From: Saccharolobus islandicus REY15A
Lineage (GTDB): Archaea > Thermoproteota > Thermoprotei_A > Sulfolobales > Sulfolobaceae
Length of the DNA stretch: 64,000 nt
Assembly (NCBI RefSeq): GCF_000189555.1
Contig: NC_017276.1
Reading direction: 5' to 3' (one strand)
Made by a program: the position numbers and the translations under genes. Within the stretch, counting starts at the first letter, position 1. Each line of letters opens with the position of its first letter. Below, one piece after another: positions 37,006-49,389 of this stretch. The notes under the pieces were generated by a model. The model ran no database searches. It had not been told where the DNA came from and was given only the letters and a program-made list of their open reading frames with translations.

Positions 37006-38534
37006 TCGGATAGTTTTATCTTTATCTTTATATTGTTCTTCTTCTCGAGTCTCTTTAGTCGCTGTACTAGTTTCCTATTGTATTTTCCTATTTCCTCTTT
37101 CGGAATTACTATAACGTACTCTCCATCCTCATACTTCACTGTGGCATTTGGTATTATATTATTAACAATTTTCGATATTTTAAATTCCATATTACTCATT
37201 GTTATTCCTCTATTCACCGGTACTATCATGGTCTGTTCACCGAATACATAGATCTCATACTCAGTATTCCCGGTAGCCAAGTCTTTTATTTCAACAACTG
37301 GTCTTGCAAGATCAGCTTCCTTTAATCCCGCTGGTACTTTAACTGTCATTTCTAAAGTGTAAACTTTGCTTACATTTCCAGAATTTATGAATATTATAGT
37401 ATCTAAGATATTCGGTATTGTACCTATATCTACTCTGTTTACAAATCTATGTATAGCGTCAATAGGTGAGGTGGCATGAACAACGCCTACCATTCCTACG
37501 CCCGCAAGACGAAGATCAACATAAAGTTTAAAATCCTCGTCATTTCTCATCTCATCATATACTGTATAGTCAGGCCTACTCAATAGTAAAATATCATGAA
37601 GCTCTCCAATTTCAGCGTAATTTTTAGAATATTGTGTTATCTCGGGAGGTAAGTGCATATCTCTGGGAGATTCTATGGTTTTCACTATCTTTCCTAACCT
37701 CATATAGTATTCAGCTAATGCTTGTGCAAATGTTGTTTTTCCCATACCAGGCGCTCCTGCTATAATTATGCCCTCTGCTCTTTCTTCTAACCTCTTTATT
37801 AATCGTTCATCTAAATTATAATCCTCTAATCTTTTCCTAACTACTGGTCTAGTAATAGTTATTTCCCATCCATCACTTAAGGGTGGTCTAGTTATTACTA
37901 CTCTGTAGTTGCCTAATTGGATAATAAGAGATCCTCTTCTCTCAATTTCTACAAAGGAGCCTTTTATGAGTCTTACAGCGTTTATTATCTCGTTAGCTAT
38001 CATTCTCACGTCAGTTGATAACATGGGTTTATCCGAAAGATTTACAAATTTCCAATTCCCTGGTTTGCCCTTCTTAGCCCTTGGAACAGTATCCTCTTTT
38101 ATGTGTAGACTCATCGTTTCGTCGTCAAAGAAGCTTTCAAATGATAAACCTTGCTTCAATGGCTGTAAAAAGTTATACTGTATTCCCATTGCATCGCAAA
38201 TCTTTTTCTGGGTCTCATCCGCAGTTACAATTATACAACCTTTCTCTAGACAATATTCACGCGACAACTCATTAGCTTCTCCTTTTTTCGAATCATCACC
38301 AACTATTTCAAAATTAACTAGGATTCTTTCTGTTATATCTTTTAACTTCTTCACTTCATCAAGTGCTATTTCAGCACTAACTAAACCATCATTGCTTTCT
38401 CTTTCAAGTTCAGCCAAGAGAGATTTGTGAATTAGAACATTGCCAGTTATTATTCCCTTCTCAAGATATTTCGAAACTCCAAACAGCAAAGCACTTTTAT
38501 CTAACATCAGATCATTCAAAATCCTTATCCCCAC
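37002..38534 (-). CDS. PIN-domain ATPase PINA (branch-migration ATPase)
   Basis: N-terminal PIN, GAPGMGKT, ESPRD, DEMR, VVHA, KH-like C-terminus; adjacent to hjc. Confidence 0.88.
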   Translation of the reverse strand: MGIRILNDLMLDKSALLFGVSKYLEKGIITGNVLIHKSLLAELERESNDGLVSAEIALDEVKKLKDITERILVNFEIVGDDSKKGEANELSREYCLEKGCIIVTADETQKKICDAMGIQYNFLQPLKQGLSFESFFDDETMSLHIKEDTVPRAKKGKPGNWKFVNLSDKPMLSTDVRMIANEIINAVRLIKGSFVEIERRGSLIIQLGNYRVVITRPPLSDGWEITITRPVVRKRLEDYNLDERLIKRLEERAEGIIIAGAPGMGKTTFAQALAEYYMRLGKIVKTIESPRDMHLPPEITQYSKNYAEIGELHDILLLSRPDYTVYDEMRNDEDFKLYVDLRLAGVGMVGVVHATSPIDAIHRFVNRVDIGTIPNILDTIIFINSGNVSKVYTLEMTVKVPAGLKEADLARPVVEIKDLATGNTEYEIYVFGEQTMIVPVNRGITMSNMEFKISKIVNNIIPNATVKYEDGEYVIVIPKEEIGKYNRKLVQRLKRLEKKNNIKIKIKLSD

Positions 38535-38570
38535 TTTTCAATCGAAGTATATATTATAAAAAATAAAAGA

Positions 38571-39173
38571 TTACCCTTTAACTAGATGTAAGAAGTATTC
38601 GTGTATCGAAGTTGTATCAGATAATTCTGGGTGAAACGTAGTAGCTAGGATATTATTTTCTTCAGCCAAAACAGTTACACCGTTTAACTCCGCCAAGCTT
38701 TGAGCCTTTCCCCATAATTTAGTTATTGCAGGAGCTCTAATGAATACAACATTTGCTTTGCCCTTACCTATTTTAGACAAGTCGATGATTGCTTCAAAAC
38801 TTTCTCTTTGTCTTCCATAATAATTTCTAATTATACTAATATTCATTGCGCCAATTAGTGGTTGTGAGGTCTTACCTACTTTAGCGTCACTAACTTCCTT
38901 CGCTAGCATTATGGCACCGGCACATGTTCCCATAACTGGTAAACCGGACGTGATCTTCTCTTTCAATTCATCTAATATCCCTAGCCTTTTAGCTACTAGG
39001 CCTATTGTTGTGCTTTCTCCTCCAGGTATTATTACTCCGTCAATATCCTTTAGATCTTTAGGAATCTTTACTGGAGTTATTTCGCCATTTATTGACAACT
39101 TGTCAAAGGCCCTCTTTAACTGTAGGTAATGTTCTTCAAAGCTCCCTTGATAAGCTATTATACCTATCTTCAT
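38571..39173 (-). CDS. pdxT: PLP synthase glutaminase subunit
   Basis: PGGEST, GTCAG, RNYYGRQ, FIRAP, FHPEL. Confidence 0.96.
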   Translation of the reverse strand: MKIGIIAYQGSFEEHYLQLKRAFDKLSINGEITPVKIPKDLKDIDGVIIPGGESTTIGLVAKRLGILDELKEKITSGLPVMGTCAGAIMLAKEVSDAKVGKTSQPLIGAMNISIIRNYYGRQRESFEAIIDLSKIGKGKANVVFIRAPAITKLWGKAQSLAELNGVTVLAEENNILATTFHPELSDTTSIHEYFLHLVKG

Positions 39174-40186
39174 AATCCTCTCACTTGTAACAATTCTTCG
39201 GGTTTTAAAGATTTTATATCAATTCCCATCATACTCTTCTGCTCACTTATCATTTTCTGAGCTTCCAATACGATTTCTGGATATTCCCAGCAAGCTGCTG
39301 CTAGTACTACTGCTTTAGCTCTTTCATCTGGATCTTGGCTCTTAAATATACCAGAACCAACAAATAATCCATCAGCACCCAACCACATCATAAGCGCAGC
39401 ATCAGCAGGTGTCGCTATACCTCCGGCAGCAAAGTTAACAATTGGTAGTCTCTTAATTTTCGCAGCAAGCTCAACTAGCTGATAAGGAACTTGATATTCC
39501 CTAGCCTTTTTGACTCTATCTTCCTCCGACATACTTATCAAGCTTCTTATCTCACTATTTATTATCTTCATGTGTTTTACTGCCTCACTGACATTTCCAG
39601 TCCCTGCTTCACCTTTGGTTCTTATCATCGATGCTCCTTCTGCTGTTCTTCTTAATGCTTCTCCTAGGTTTCTAGCCCCATTGACAAATGGTACGCTAAA
39701 CTCCCATTTATTTATATGATGTTCCTCGTCAGCTGGTGTTAAGACTTCACTTTCATCTATCATATCAACGCCTAACGCTTCTAGCAGCTTAGCCTCATAA
39801 TAATGACCTATTCTTACCTTTGCCATTACTGGTATTGTTATTGAATTCATTACCTCCCCAATTATCTTAGGATCCGCCATTCTTGCAACTCCACCAGATT
39901 TTCTAACATCATAGGGTAATTTGTCTAAAACCATTACGGCAACAGCGCCTGCTTCTTCTGCTATCTGCGCTTGCTGAACATTTGTAATATCCATTACAAC
40001 TCCTCCTTTTTGAAAGATCGGGAATGCGTGCTTTACTCTAGTAGTCCCCGTTTGGATTGTTGAATCCAATTTCTTTAATTCTGGTAGAAATTCCATTAGA
40101 CCACTATCCTTTATAATATCCTTAAATTCTGCTAGTTTGTAGAAAAAATCTTCAATTTGTGCGAAAGATAATTCATAAAGTCTCAT
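39170..40186 (-). CDS. pdxS: PLP synthase lyase subunit
   Basis: [36 protein letters not shown]. Confidence 0.97.
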   Translation of the reverse strand: MRLYELSFAQIEDFFYKLAEFKDIIKDSGLMEFLPELKKLDSTIQTGTTRVKHAFPIFQKGGVVMDITNVQQAQIAEEAGAVAVMVLDKLPYDVRKSGGVARMADPKIIGEVMNSITIPVMAKVRIGHYYEAKLLEALGVDMIDESEVLTPADEEHHINKWEFSVPFVNGARNLGEALRRTAEGASMIRTKGEAGTGNVSEAVKHMKIINSEIRSLISMSEEDRVKKAREYQVPYQLVELAAKIKRLPIVNFAAGGIATPADAALMMWLGADGLFVGSGIFKSQDPDERAKAVVLAAACWEYPEIVLEAQKMISEQKSMMGIDIKSLKPEELLQVRGL

Positions 40187-40220
40187 TTCATCACATAATT
40201 TGATCCAAAGGTTTAAAAGA

Positions 40221-40508
40221 CTATCTTAAACGGGCTTTCTGTTTTCTCTCATTTTCTGCCCTTATTTTAATAATTCCCAGAAATACTGCACAATTCACAC
40301 AATAGCACTTAGTTACCGGATATCTAGCAATTATTGCACCCTTCTTTTCTAACTCAGATGCTAGAGAAGCGTCTACTGGGCTGTACATTTTTGTTACACA
40401 TACTGCCTTATCCTCTGGTACTCTCGCGCCACATTGATCACAGCTTATATAACCAACATGTCCCTTATCTCCTTTTCTTCTTCCTCTGTTCTCTCTCTTC
40501 TTTGGCAA
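40221..40508 (-). CDS. rps26e: 30S ribosomal protein S26e
   Basis: [14 protein letters not shown]...PEDKA, CYCVNCA. Confidence 0.93.
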   Translation of the reverse strand: MPKKRENRGRRKGDKGHVGYISCDQCGARVPEDKAVCVTKMYSPVDASLASELEKKGAIIARYPVTKCYCVNCAVFLGIIKIRAENERKQKARLR

Positions 40509-40542
40509 TTTTACACCCTATTTAATTCACAGTATTTAATCT

Positions 40543-41988
40543 CTAATAAGTTTTTGCAACCCTTAGAACTGTTTTTGCGCTCATTTTACAAATTACACAC
40601 TTGTCATTAACTTTTCTATCCTCTATTGGATAACCTAGTACTCTTGCATTGGTAAGTTCCTCAATTTTTAGCCCACACTCCTTACTTCCGCACCAAGGAA
40701 CCTCTACAATACTTGAGTTATTTTCCAGAATGTTTTTAGCTTTTTCAATATCATTAGCGTATTCAATTCTAGATTTTAGACTCTCCCAAGCTCTTTTTCT
40801 TAAGTCCTCTTGTATTTCATTTAGAACTTCCTTAACTTTATTGACGACTTCCTCTTTCTTCACTGTATATGATTTAAGATTATCTCTTCTCTTTATAAAT
40901 ACTGTACTAGAGGCGAGTTCTCTAGGGCCTATTTCTAATCTAATAGGAACTCCTTTAATTTCCCAAATATAGAACTTCTCTCCAGGCGTTTTTTCGGTGT
41001 CTTGATCAGTTACACAAGTTATATTATTCTTGTTCAACATTTCACAGATCTCTATTGAGTACTTCATTACTTGTTGGGTTCCCTCTTCATTTTTTGCAGG
41101 AATTGGTACTACTACTACTTTAATTGGAGCTACTGAAGGAGGTAAAATTGGTCCGTGATCATCTCCGTGTATTGCAATTACTGAGGCTATTGCCCTGTCT
41201 GAAATACCATAGCTTGTTTGATGTGGATAATCCAAACTACCATCTTTTTTCTGAATCTTAAAATCTAATGCCCTACTAAAGTTTTGACCTAAGTGGTGTA
41301 CTGTTCCTATTTGCATTACTTTACCATCTGGCATAATTGTATCAAAAGCGTAAGTGTGTAAGGCACCTGCAAACCTATCCCACTCTGGTCTTTCAGAAAG
41401 GACGTAAGGAATTGCGAGGTTATTAAAAATCTTCTTATAAATTTCTATTGCTTCTTCTACTTGTCTCTGTGCGTCATCATACGTTTCATGAACCGTGTGG
41501 GCTTCTTTAAAAGTTGTAATCTCTCTTAGCCTTATCATTGGTCTTGTAGCCTTAGTCTCATATCTAAAGACGCTAACAATTTGGTAATATTTCTTAGGCA
41601 ATTGTTTGTAACTTTTCAACCATAAGTTTTCCATCGTAGTTATTGCAACTTCACTAGTTGGTCTTAGCGCGAGTTTAACGTCTAAATCCTCGCTTCCTCC
41701 TTTAGTTACCCAGAATACTTCTTCTTCAAATCCTTTAATATGTGTGCTTTCTCTGCTTAGTAAATCTTCTGGGATTAAAAGTGGAAATAATACCTCCTCA
41801 TGACCAGTAGAGTCCAGAAGATTTCTAATAATACTAATTATATTTTGTCTTAACTTAAATCCATATGGCATCCATACTCCCATACCCTTTACTGGATATC
41901 TTCCATAATCGTAAAACTCTCCTTCTCTTAAGACCCAGTCAAACCACTCACTAAAGTTTTTCGACCACTTCTCTCTAGTTATCTGCAC
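40543..41988 (-). CDS. proS: Prolyl-tRNA synthetase (archaeal type)
   Basis: [26 protein letters not shown]-terminal Zn site and AKTY. Confidence 0.97.
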   Translation of the reverse strand: MQITREKWSKNFSEWFDWVLREGEFYDYGRYPVKGMGVWMPYGFKLRQNIISIIRNLLDSTGHEEVLFPLLIPEDLLSRESTHIKGFEEEVFWVTKGGSEDLDVKLALRPTSEVAITTMENLWLKSYKQLPKKYYQIVSVFRYETKATRPMIRLREITTFKEAHTVHETYDDAQRQVEEAIEIYKKIFNNLAIPYVLSERPEWDRFAGALHTYAFDTIMPDGKVMQIGTVHHLGQNFSRALDFKIQKKDGSLDYPHQTSYGISDRAIASVIAIHGDDHGPILPPSVAPIKVVVVPIPAKNEEGTQQVMKYSIEICEMLNKNNITCVTDQDTEKTPGEKFYIWEIKGVPIRLEIGPRELASSTVFIKRRDNLKSYTVKKEEVVNKVKEVLNEIQEDLRKRAWESLKSRIEYANDIEKAKNILENNSSIVEVPWCGSKECGLKIEELTNARVLGYPIEDRKVNDKCVICKMSAKTVLRVAKTY

Positions 41989-42032
41989 AAAAAGGAAAAA
42001 ACATAAGGAGATAAAAAACTTTAACCTTTATT

Positions 42033-42341
42033 TTAGAACTTACCGAACAGCATTAGCACAGCGAACAAGATTCCGTACACTGCTATTCCTTCGCCAATAG
42101 CTACGAAAATTAGAACTGTACCGAACATATCTCTTCTTTCTGTTAGCACACCTACTCCAGCCGCCGCAGCCATACCTACTGCTATTCCAGCACCTATTGC
42201 AGCCAATCCTACTGCTAATCCAGCACCTATGTTAATGCCAGCAAATCCTTGAGCAGTATCTGATGGTGCTTGTGCCCCTGCTATTACACTGCTTATTAAT
42301 ATTGGTAATAGAACGGATAGGATCAAACTTGCTCTCTTCAT
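42033..42341 (-). CDS. atpK: A-type ATP synthase proteolipid subunit K/c (single hairpin with N-terminal presequence)
   Basis: [14 protein letters not shown]...GEGIAVYG with the carboxylate Glu. Confidence 0.93.
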   Translation of the reverse strand: MKRASLILSVLLPILISSVIAGAQAPSDTAQGFAGINIGAGLAVGLAAIGAGIAVGMAAAAGVGVLTERRDMFGTVLIFVAIGEGIAVYGILFAVLMLFGKF

Positions 42342-42361
42342 AGTTAAGTCCCAGAAAACTA

Positions 42362-42520
42362 TTATGATAATTCCTTTAAAACCTTTCTTTTTACTTCATC
42401 TAACTGATTAAGCCTATTTTTTAACAGTTTTTCATATTCTGCATTTACATTCTTTAAAATTTCACTTTTCTTCTCCTCAAGGGAGCTTCTTAAAATTTGT
42501 AAATATTTATCCTGATCCAC
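42362..42520 (-). CDS. atpG: Small A-type ATP synthase subunit (G/H-like), 52 aa
   Basis: Manual translation [52 protein letters not shown]; the GTG start overlaps the atpD end and the ORF fills the atpD-atpK gap. Confidence 0.75.
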
Positions 42521-43148
42521 TTTCCCTCCTCCTCTGTAATATTCTTCTTATAATTTTAAGTCTTGAGAATTCTTCCCTCTGTCTATCTTCTAAAATCTGC
42601 TTAATGAATTTAATAGATCCTCTATAAAATGGTAATATATAATTGTCTATCGAGTTAATAAGTCTCTGAGTTTTTCTTAACTCAGAAACTAATGATCTTA
42701 TCGTTGACTCTAATTCAACTAATTCAATAATCTTGTTCAAGGCTTCAGTCATCTCTTCATAAGACTCAGATAAATAGGGTGATGTTTCAACATCGCTGAA
42801 AGGCTTTGGGGGAATTGTGGATTTGTCTAATTTTATCGTCGGAACCTTTACTCCAAAAATTACTTTTATCGAACTACTAACCTCTAGGCTAGGTTTTTGT
42901 GAAAGAGCTATTTCCTCTATGTTAGAAATTCCTTCTGATGCTACTGCTTGTAAATAGCTTTCATATACTTTCTTCATCTCCTCATTAACTTCATTGTAAA
43001 TTTTTTCGTATTCAGAAGCATAAGTTCTTAAGTAGAGAAGCAAGACTTCTCTCTTATTTTCCAATAATCTCTTTATAACTGTAATAAGTCTTAGTTGTCT
43101 TCTGAATTGTATCAAATTTATCTTAGTTGGTAAAACTTTTTGACTCAT
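42507..43148 (-). CDS. atpD: A-type ATP synthase subunit D
   Basis: [23 protein letters not shown]. Confidence 0.95.
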
Positions 43149-44536
43149 TTCTTACCCCTATAGTTTGGATGATATTTCTTTATGTACTGCGTCTTTATGT
43201 TTGTTAACTCGGATTCTGGTAAAACTGATAGAATCTCCCAACCAATATCCAATGTGGTTTCTATATCTCTATTTTCGTTAAATCCTTGACTAACGAACTT
43301 CCTCTCGAAAAGTTCACCAAATAGTAAATATTTCCTATCAACCTCAGACAATGAATCCTCGCCTATTATTGCAGCTAGTCCTCTAGTATCTACCGCCCTT
43401 GCATATGAGGCAAATAGCTGATTTGAGACATCCTTATGATCGTCCCTAGTTTTTCCTTCTCCAATTCCATCTTTCGCTAGTCTTGATAGACTCATTAAAA
43501 CGTTAATAGGTGGATAAATACCCTTGTTATATAAAGCTCTATCAAGAACTATTTGTCCTTCGGTTATATAACCTGTTAAGTCTGGAATTGGATGCGTTAT
43601 ATCATCGTTAGGCATAGTCAATATGGGCATTTGCGTGATTGAGCCCTTCTTTCCTAGCACCTTTCCTGCTCTCTCATAGATAGTAGCTAAATCAGTATAC
43701 ATATAACCGGGATATCCACCTCTACCTGGTACTTCCTCTCTTGCAGCGCTAATTTCTCTTAAAGCTTCACAGTAATTTGTCATATCAATTAATATTGCTA
43801 AGACGTGCATATCTTGCTCGAAAGCTAAGTATTCCGCCAACGTCAATGCAGTCTTTGGCGTTAACGTTTTCATTACTGATGGTTCATTCGCTAAACTTAC
43901 TATCATCGCAACCCTATTAATAGCGCCAGTCTCCTCAAAGAACTTACGGAAGAATAATGCGTCATCGTATCTAGCTCCAATTGCGGCAAAGACTACTGCG
44001 AAGTTACTTTCCTCTCCCCTTACAGTTGCCTGTTTAGCTATCTGTGCGGCTAACATATTTGCTGGTAATCCACTGCCGCTAAATATTGGCAATTTTTGCC
44101 CTCTCAATAACGCGTTTAATCCATCTATTGCCGATATTCCAGTTTGTATAAACTCTTCTGGATATTCTCTTGCTGCGGGATTTAGCGGTGATCCGTTTAT
44201 ATCTCTCTTTTCTCCTTTAATCACTGGTGGTCCATTGTCCAATGAATCACCTAATGGGTTGAATATACGTCCTAGCATTTCCTCTGAGATCTTCACCTCT
44301 AAGCCTCTTCCTAACATCCTTATCTTAGTACCTGTGGGCGAAACGCCAGTTGTTCCTTCAAAAACTTGTACTATTGCTATACCCATTTGGGAGTCTATAA
44401 CTAATCCTCTTCGTTTTTCACCATTCGGCATCTCAATTTCCACTAGCTCGTTATATGACGCATCTGTTACTCCTTGAACATATATTAGAGGGCCTTTAAT
44501 CATCGATATGTTCGAAAATTCCCTTACGCTTAACAT
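43145..44536 (-). CDS. atpB: A-type ATP synthase subunit B
   Basis: [39 protein letters not shown]. Confidence 0.97.
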
Positions 44537-46314
44537 TAAGTACCAGCCTCCTTTTCCAAATTCTCAAAGACGCTAATTAATTTTCTCTCTAACTCATCAT
44601 ACTTATTTAATTCATCATTTTTGATTGCTGCTTTCGATCTGATAATTTCTGGTAAGAGTTGTCCCATACTATCTACTATTTTCTTTGTAGGAATTCCTCT
44701 TTCAACTAATCTAGAAGCGTGTGTGTTGAATAAGTAAATTAATCTCATTACTCTAGCTTGTTTCTGTGGAGATGAGAATGCATCTATATCATCATAGGCG
44801 TTTTGCTTTAAGAAAGCCTCTTTGATCAACCTTGCTGTCTCGAGTACTAATTTATCCTTTTCTGCTAGAGATTCTGGTCCTACTAATCTTACTATCTGTC
44901 TTAACTCATCTTCTCTAATTAATGTTCTTACCATCATGTCCCTCATTTCTCTCCATTTCGGATCCACGTTTGTATTCCACCAATTGGCAACTAAGTCAAC
45001 ATATGCTGAGAATCCTTGAAGCCAGTTAATTGCAGGGTAGTGTCTGGCCTGTGCTAATGATACATCTAAAGGCCAGAATACTTTTACGAATCTCAGCGTT
45101 TGACTCGTAACTGGTTCTGTGAAATCTCCGCCAGGTGGAGAAACTGCAGAGGCAACTGTAACTGAACCAAACCTTTCTGGTTTTCCTACTGTTTTGACTC
45201 TTCCAGCTCTCTCATAATATTCCGCAAGTCTTGAGGGTAAATAACTTGGGAACCCCTCTTCTGCTGGCATTTCCTCCATTCTTCCTCCTAAATCTCTTAG
45301 AGCTTCAGCCCACCTTGAAGTTGAATCTGCAACTAGCAATGTATCGTACCCTTGATCTCTGAAATACTCCGCCATAGTTATACCTACATATATGCTTGCT
45401 TCCCTAGCCGCTACTGGCATATTGCTTGTATTAGCAACTAATATTGTTCTTTCTAGCAATGGTCTACCAGTCCAAGGATCCTTAAGACTTGGGAATTGTC
45501 TTAACTCATCTGTCATCTCGTTTCCTCTCTCTCCACATCCTACATAAATCACTATTTTTGCCGCACTCCACTTAGCCAAACTCTGCAATGTAACCGTTTT
45601 TCCACTTCCGAAAGGTCCAGGTATCGCTGCTGTACCTCCTTTGGCTATTGGGAATATCGTATCCAGTACTCTGGTTCCAGTTAACAGTGGCTCAGTTGGC
45701 TCTAACTTCTCTTTGAATGGTCTAGGAATTCTAACTGGCCATCTTTGCATTAACTTTATTGGTACCTCATCGCCATTCATGTCAACAACTGCTATGGGAT
45801 CTTCAACTGTATAATCTCCCTCTGCAACGATTTCCTTTAGGGTGCCGTGAACATAAGGAGGAACTAAAATTCTGTGCTCTACTAGTGGAGTTTCGTTTAC
45901 AATTCCTATTATATCTCCACCTTCAATCTTATCTCCTTTTTTAACTTTGGGTATAAAGTGCCATTTAGTTTTTCTGTCAACTGATGGAACTTTTATACCT
46001 CTAGCTATGAAAGGAGATTTTGTAAGTTCTTTGATTGAATCTAATGGTCTTTGTAACCCATCAAATATTTTTCCTATTAAGCCCGGACCCAGCTCTATTG
46101 ATAACGGTGCGCCTGTCCTATATACAGGCTCATTTGGTTTTATTCCGCTGGTATCTTCATAAACTTGTATGAATGCTCTATCTCCTTCTATTCTAGTAAT
46201 CTCTCCTATTAATCTAGGTTCTCCAACTTCTACTACTTCATACATCTGTGCATTTTTCATATTATCTGCTACAACTAACGGACCATTTATCCTAACAATT
46301 CTTCCATTGTTCAT
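44536..46314 (-). CDS. atpA: A-type ATP synthase subunit A
   Basis: [27 protein letters not shown]; no intein. Confidence 0.97.
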   Translation of the reverse strand: MNNGRIVRINGPLVVADNMKNAQMYEVVEVGEPRLIGEITRIEGDRAFIQVYEDTSGIKPNEPVYRTGAPLSIELGPGLIGKIFDGLQRPLDSIKELTKSPFIARGIKVPSVDRKTKWHFIPKVKKGDKIEGGDIIGIVNETPLVEHRILVPPYVHGTLKEIVAEGDYTVEDPIAVVDMNGDEVPIKLMQRWPVRIPRPFKEKLEPTEPLLTGTRVLDTIFPIAKGGTAAIPGPFGSGKTVTLQSLAKWSAAKIVIYVGCGERGNEMTDELRQFPSLKDPWTGRPLLERTILVANTSNMPVAAREASIYVGITMAEYFRDQGYDTLLVADSTSRWAEALRDLGGRMEEMPAEEGFPSYLPSRLAEYYERAGRVKTVGKPERFGSVTVASAVSPPGGDFTEPVTSQTLRFVKVFWPLDVSLAQARHYPAINWLQGFSAYVDLVANWWNTNVDPKWREMRDMMVRTLIREDELRQIVRLVGPESLAEKDKLVLETARLIKEAFLKQNAYDDIDAFSSPQKQARVMRLIYLFNTHASRLVERGIPTKKIVDSMGQLLPEIIRSKAAIKNDELNKYDELERKLISVFENLEKEAGT

Positions 46315-46316
46315 TT

Positions 46317-46901
46317 TTACTTACCTCCAAACAACATGTCTGAAATCTTTCCCCTCATACTATCAAAAACTTGGTCTAAGATAAGCTTTAATGAAAAATC
46401 TCTTGTTAATCCGCTTCCTTCATAATATATTCTTATTCCACCAAGCATTTTGTCATCAGTCTTGATGGTTACGTTTTTATTATTGCCTACAACTTTTTCT
46501 ACTGTCGATTTATCATTTGGAGAACAGTATACTGTAATTTTCTCTCCTTCCATCTCTTTGATCTCTTTATTTAGTATACTCTGTATTGCATCCTTGTACT
46601 CTTTAGTTTTAACTACTTCTCCAATTTTTTCCAAGACTCTTTCATAAACCTTATTTATCCAGTACTCCTTCTCAACTAATAATGTTCGCTTATTCTCTAC
46701 CTCTAATCTAGCTTTTTCTCCTTCAATTTCTTCCTTAGTTTTAGTAATTAATTCATTTATCCTTTGCGTATACTCTTGTATTATCTTAGTATGACCTTCA
46801 TTGAGTAGCTTTATGGCTTCATCTAAACTTTTACTTAATTCCGTTTTTATTTCTTCCCTAACTTTGTTTAGAGATTTATCTAATAACTGTTCAAAATCCA
46901 T
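46317..46901 (-). CDS. atpE: A-type ATP synthase subunit E
   Basis: Coiled-coil N-terminus, MLGGIRI; operon position. Confidence 0.9.
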
Positions 46902-46906
46902 TTATC

Positions 46907-47209
46907 TCACCCGAAACCTAACGCTTTCATTATCATCTTCCTTACGTCTAATGGCTTGGATTCACTAAACGGAGAAGGAATAATTGTTATTAAAGGTTTT
47001 CTTTGATCTGCAATGATTGGATCAATTTTTTCCTTTATAGGCTCATACATGTCTTTAGTTATCAATATTAGATCTATATCCTCTCTTTTCTTTAATTTAG
47101 AAATGAGATCGGGTAAGTTGTAAGGGTCATCTATGAAATCCCCTTCAGTTCCAACCATTCTAAAGAGAGAAACCGTGTATTTGTCTCCCACAACAAACAC
47201 TTTACCCAT
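46907..47209 (-). CDS. atpF: A-type ATP synthase subunit F
   Basis: VVGDKYTVSLFRMVG, IIPSP, RKMIMKALG. Confidence 0.92.
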   Translation of the reverse strand: MGKVFVVGDKYTVSLFRMVGTEGDFIDDPYNLPDLISKLKKREDIDLILITKDMYEPIKEKIDPIIADQRKPLITIIPSPFSESKPLDVRKMIMKALGFG

Positions 47210-47283
47210 TGCGAATTAATTCTAAATAACAGAGATTAAATACTTATAAGTGACCTACTAATACATATCCCGAGGTAATTAAA

Positions 47284-49389
47284 GTGCTATTACCAGAGAA
47301 TATGGTCAGATTACAAATAATTTCTGATAAGTCCGCTGTAGACCCTATTGTAATTAAACTTCTAAAGCTTGGTATGTTTCAACCAGAGGATCCCCTTTAT
47401 CCATTAAGTAATGAGAGAATAGAAGATGCTAGAAGACTAATTACTGCAGTCCAAGATCACGTAAGCAAATTAAAAATAATCATGGAGTTAGGAGGATTAG
47501 TAATAGAGCCATTAGGAAGCATAAAAGTAGTTAGCTGGATTAAGGCTGCACAAGATGTCAGTGAAGAAGCGTCGAAATTAGAAGAAAGATACAAGGAACT
47601 ATTGGAGGAAATAGGTAGGCTAAGGGCAGAAAAGGATCTGTATCAGCAACAGTTAAAAGAGCTGGAACCGATTAAGTCAATAACAGTAGAGTTATCCAAA
47701 TTATACTCCTTAGAGTTATTTGACGTAATATTAGCTCAAGTTAGCGAGGATAAGTTAAGCCTTATCAGTCAAATAATAGGTGATTCCGGTTTCGCATATT
47801 ACACGAGATTCGAAGAAGGAAAATATACTGTGCTGATTATTACTGAGAAGAATGCAGATATAGAAAAGAAATTAAAAGAGACTGGAGTCAGAAGATATGA
47901 GCTGCAAGAAGGAAAGTCTCCCTTTCAGCTCTATAATGAGATTTCAGAGAGAATAAACCAGATAAATACTATTTTGGAAAGAACAAGAGAAGAATTGGCA
48001 AAGAAAGTAAAGACTGAGGAAAATTATATTAAAAATGTATACGGTAAATTGCTTACAGTTCGAGACGCGTTAAATATCATGAATAAAGCTAGAATCTCTG
48101 AGTATTATTTACAAATAGAAGGTTATCTTCCTGAAAAATATGTTAAAAGAGTACAAAATGAAATGAAGGATCTTGCACATGTGGATTATATAAGACCTAG
48201 GAGATATGGTGAAAAGGAGGAACCACCAACACTAGTCGAATTACCAAAGTCAATAAAGGTTTTAGAATCCTTAGTAGAAATATATGGTTCACCGTCCTAT
48301 TGGGAAATCTCGCCAATAGTCTTTCTTGTTTTCACTTTCCCGATATTATTTGGACTAATGTTCCCTGATTTTGGAAACGCTTTAGTTCTATTGTTATTCT
48401 CAATATGGTTCTATAGATATGGAAAGAAAAGAGGTAGTGAGAATATTCCTAAATTATCTATTATTCTAATATACTCGAGTATAGTTGCAATGATAACGGG
48501 TCTGTTAGCAAGAGATTTCTTTGGTCCATTGCCAGTAGGTGGATTAAGGGAGATATTAAATAATGGGAACTATAGTGCTGGGCCTCTTTACAACTTATGG
48601 CCAATTCCAGCAAGCGTATCTGAAGCGATAAAGTTCCTCTTACCCTTTGGTGAGTATAGTACTAGTGTTAGTATAGAAAATACCATGATATTCTCAGTAT
48701 TACTGGGTGCTATCGCGCTATTTGTAAGTTCCTTACTAGGTATTATAGATGCTATCAGAAAGAAGGATTCGGAATTCTTATTTTTAGAAAAACTTCCACT
48801 ATTCTTACTATACGTTGTTCCAATATTCATCTTCATGTACGGTATAACAGATCCAGCCAATTTCTTTATAGTTGATCAAAGGATACTGGGCCAAATACTT
48901 AACGCTGTTCTTATGAAATCCCTTAGCGAAAATATAATAGGTTATGGAATAGTTTGGTGGACGTCATTTGCACTATTATATAACTGGGTTGCTCATGCAA
49001 TTTTAGTTAAAAGGCATGATAATGCGACATGGGGTTCTGCGATTGCCATGGGTTTCATAGAAGGTGGATTTGAAGGAGCATTACTATTACTGTCCAATAC
49101 CATTTCATTTATAAGAGTGTTAGTTTTCGCTTTATCGCACTATTATATACTGTACGCATTCTCCTATATGGCCTATCTAGTTGCACCATCCACAACTACC
49201 ATAGGAGTCCTACTAAATCCCATAGCAATAGTTATACTGATTATAGGAAACTTGTTAGCAATAGGTTTAGAAGGGTTGGTAGTATTCATACAAGATTTAA
49301 GGCTTCATTTCTACGAGATGTTCAGTAAGTTCTATGAAGGTAGAGGAAGAAAATTCGAGCCAGTTATGGCTTATGTCTCACTTGAGTAA
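47284..49389 (+). CDS. atpI: A-type ATP synthase subunit I (a)
   Basis: PPTL, FGLMFPDFG, SNTISFIRVL, LRLHFYEMFSKFYEG; divergent from the rest of the operon. Confidence 0.95.
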   Translation: MLLPENMVRLQIISDKSAVDPIVIKLLKLGMFQPEDPLYPLSNERIEDARRLITAVQDHVSKLKIIMELGGLVIEPLGSIKVVSWIKAAQDVSEEASKLEERYKELLEEIGRLRAEKDLYQQQLKELEPIKSITVELSKLYSLELFDVILAQVSEDKLSLISQIIGDSGFAYYTRFEEGKYTVLIITEKNADIEKKLKETGVRRYELQEGKSPFQLYNEISERINQINTILERTREELAKKVKTEENYIKNVYGKLLTVRDALNIMNKARISEYYLQIEGYLPEKYVKRVQNEMKDLAHVDYIRPRRYGEKEEPPTLVELPKSIKVLESLVEIYGSPSYWEISPIVFLVFTFPILFGLMFPDFGNALVLLLFSIWFYRYGKKRGSENIPKLSIILIYSSIVAMITGLLARDFFGPLPVGGLREILNNGNYSAGPLYNLWPIPASVSEAIKFLLPFGEYSTSVSIENTMIFSVLLGAIALFVSSLLGIIDAIRKKDSEFLFLEKLPLFLLYVVPIFIFMYGITDPANFFIVDQRILGQILNAVLMKSLSENIIGYGIVWWTSFALLYNWVAHAILVKRHDNATWGSAIAMGFIEGGFEGALLLLSNTISFIRVLVFALSHYYILYAFSYMAYLVAPSTTTIGVLLNPIAIVILIIGNLLAIGLEGLVVFIQDLRLHFYEMFSKFYEGRGRKFEPVMAYVSLE

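Noticed and set aside
42033-42341. Signal-peptide-like N-terminus on ATPase subunit c
   Set aside because: A presequence on the Sulfolobus proteolipid is already established.
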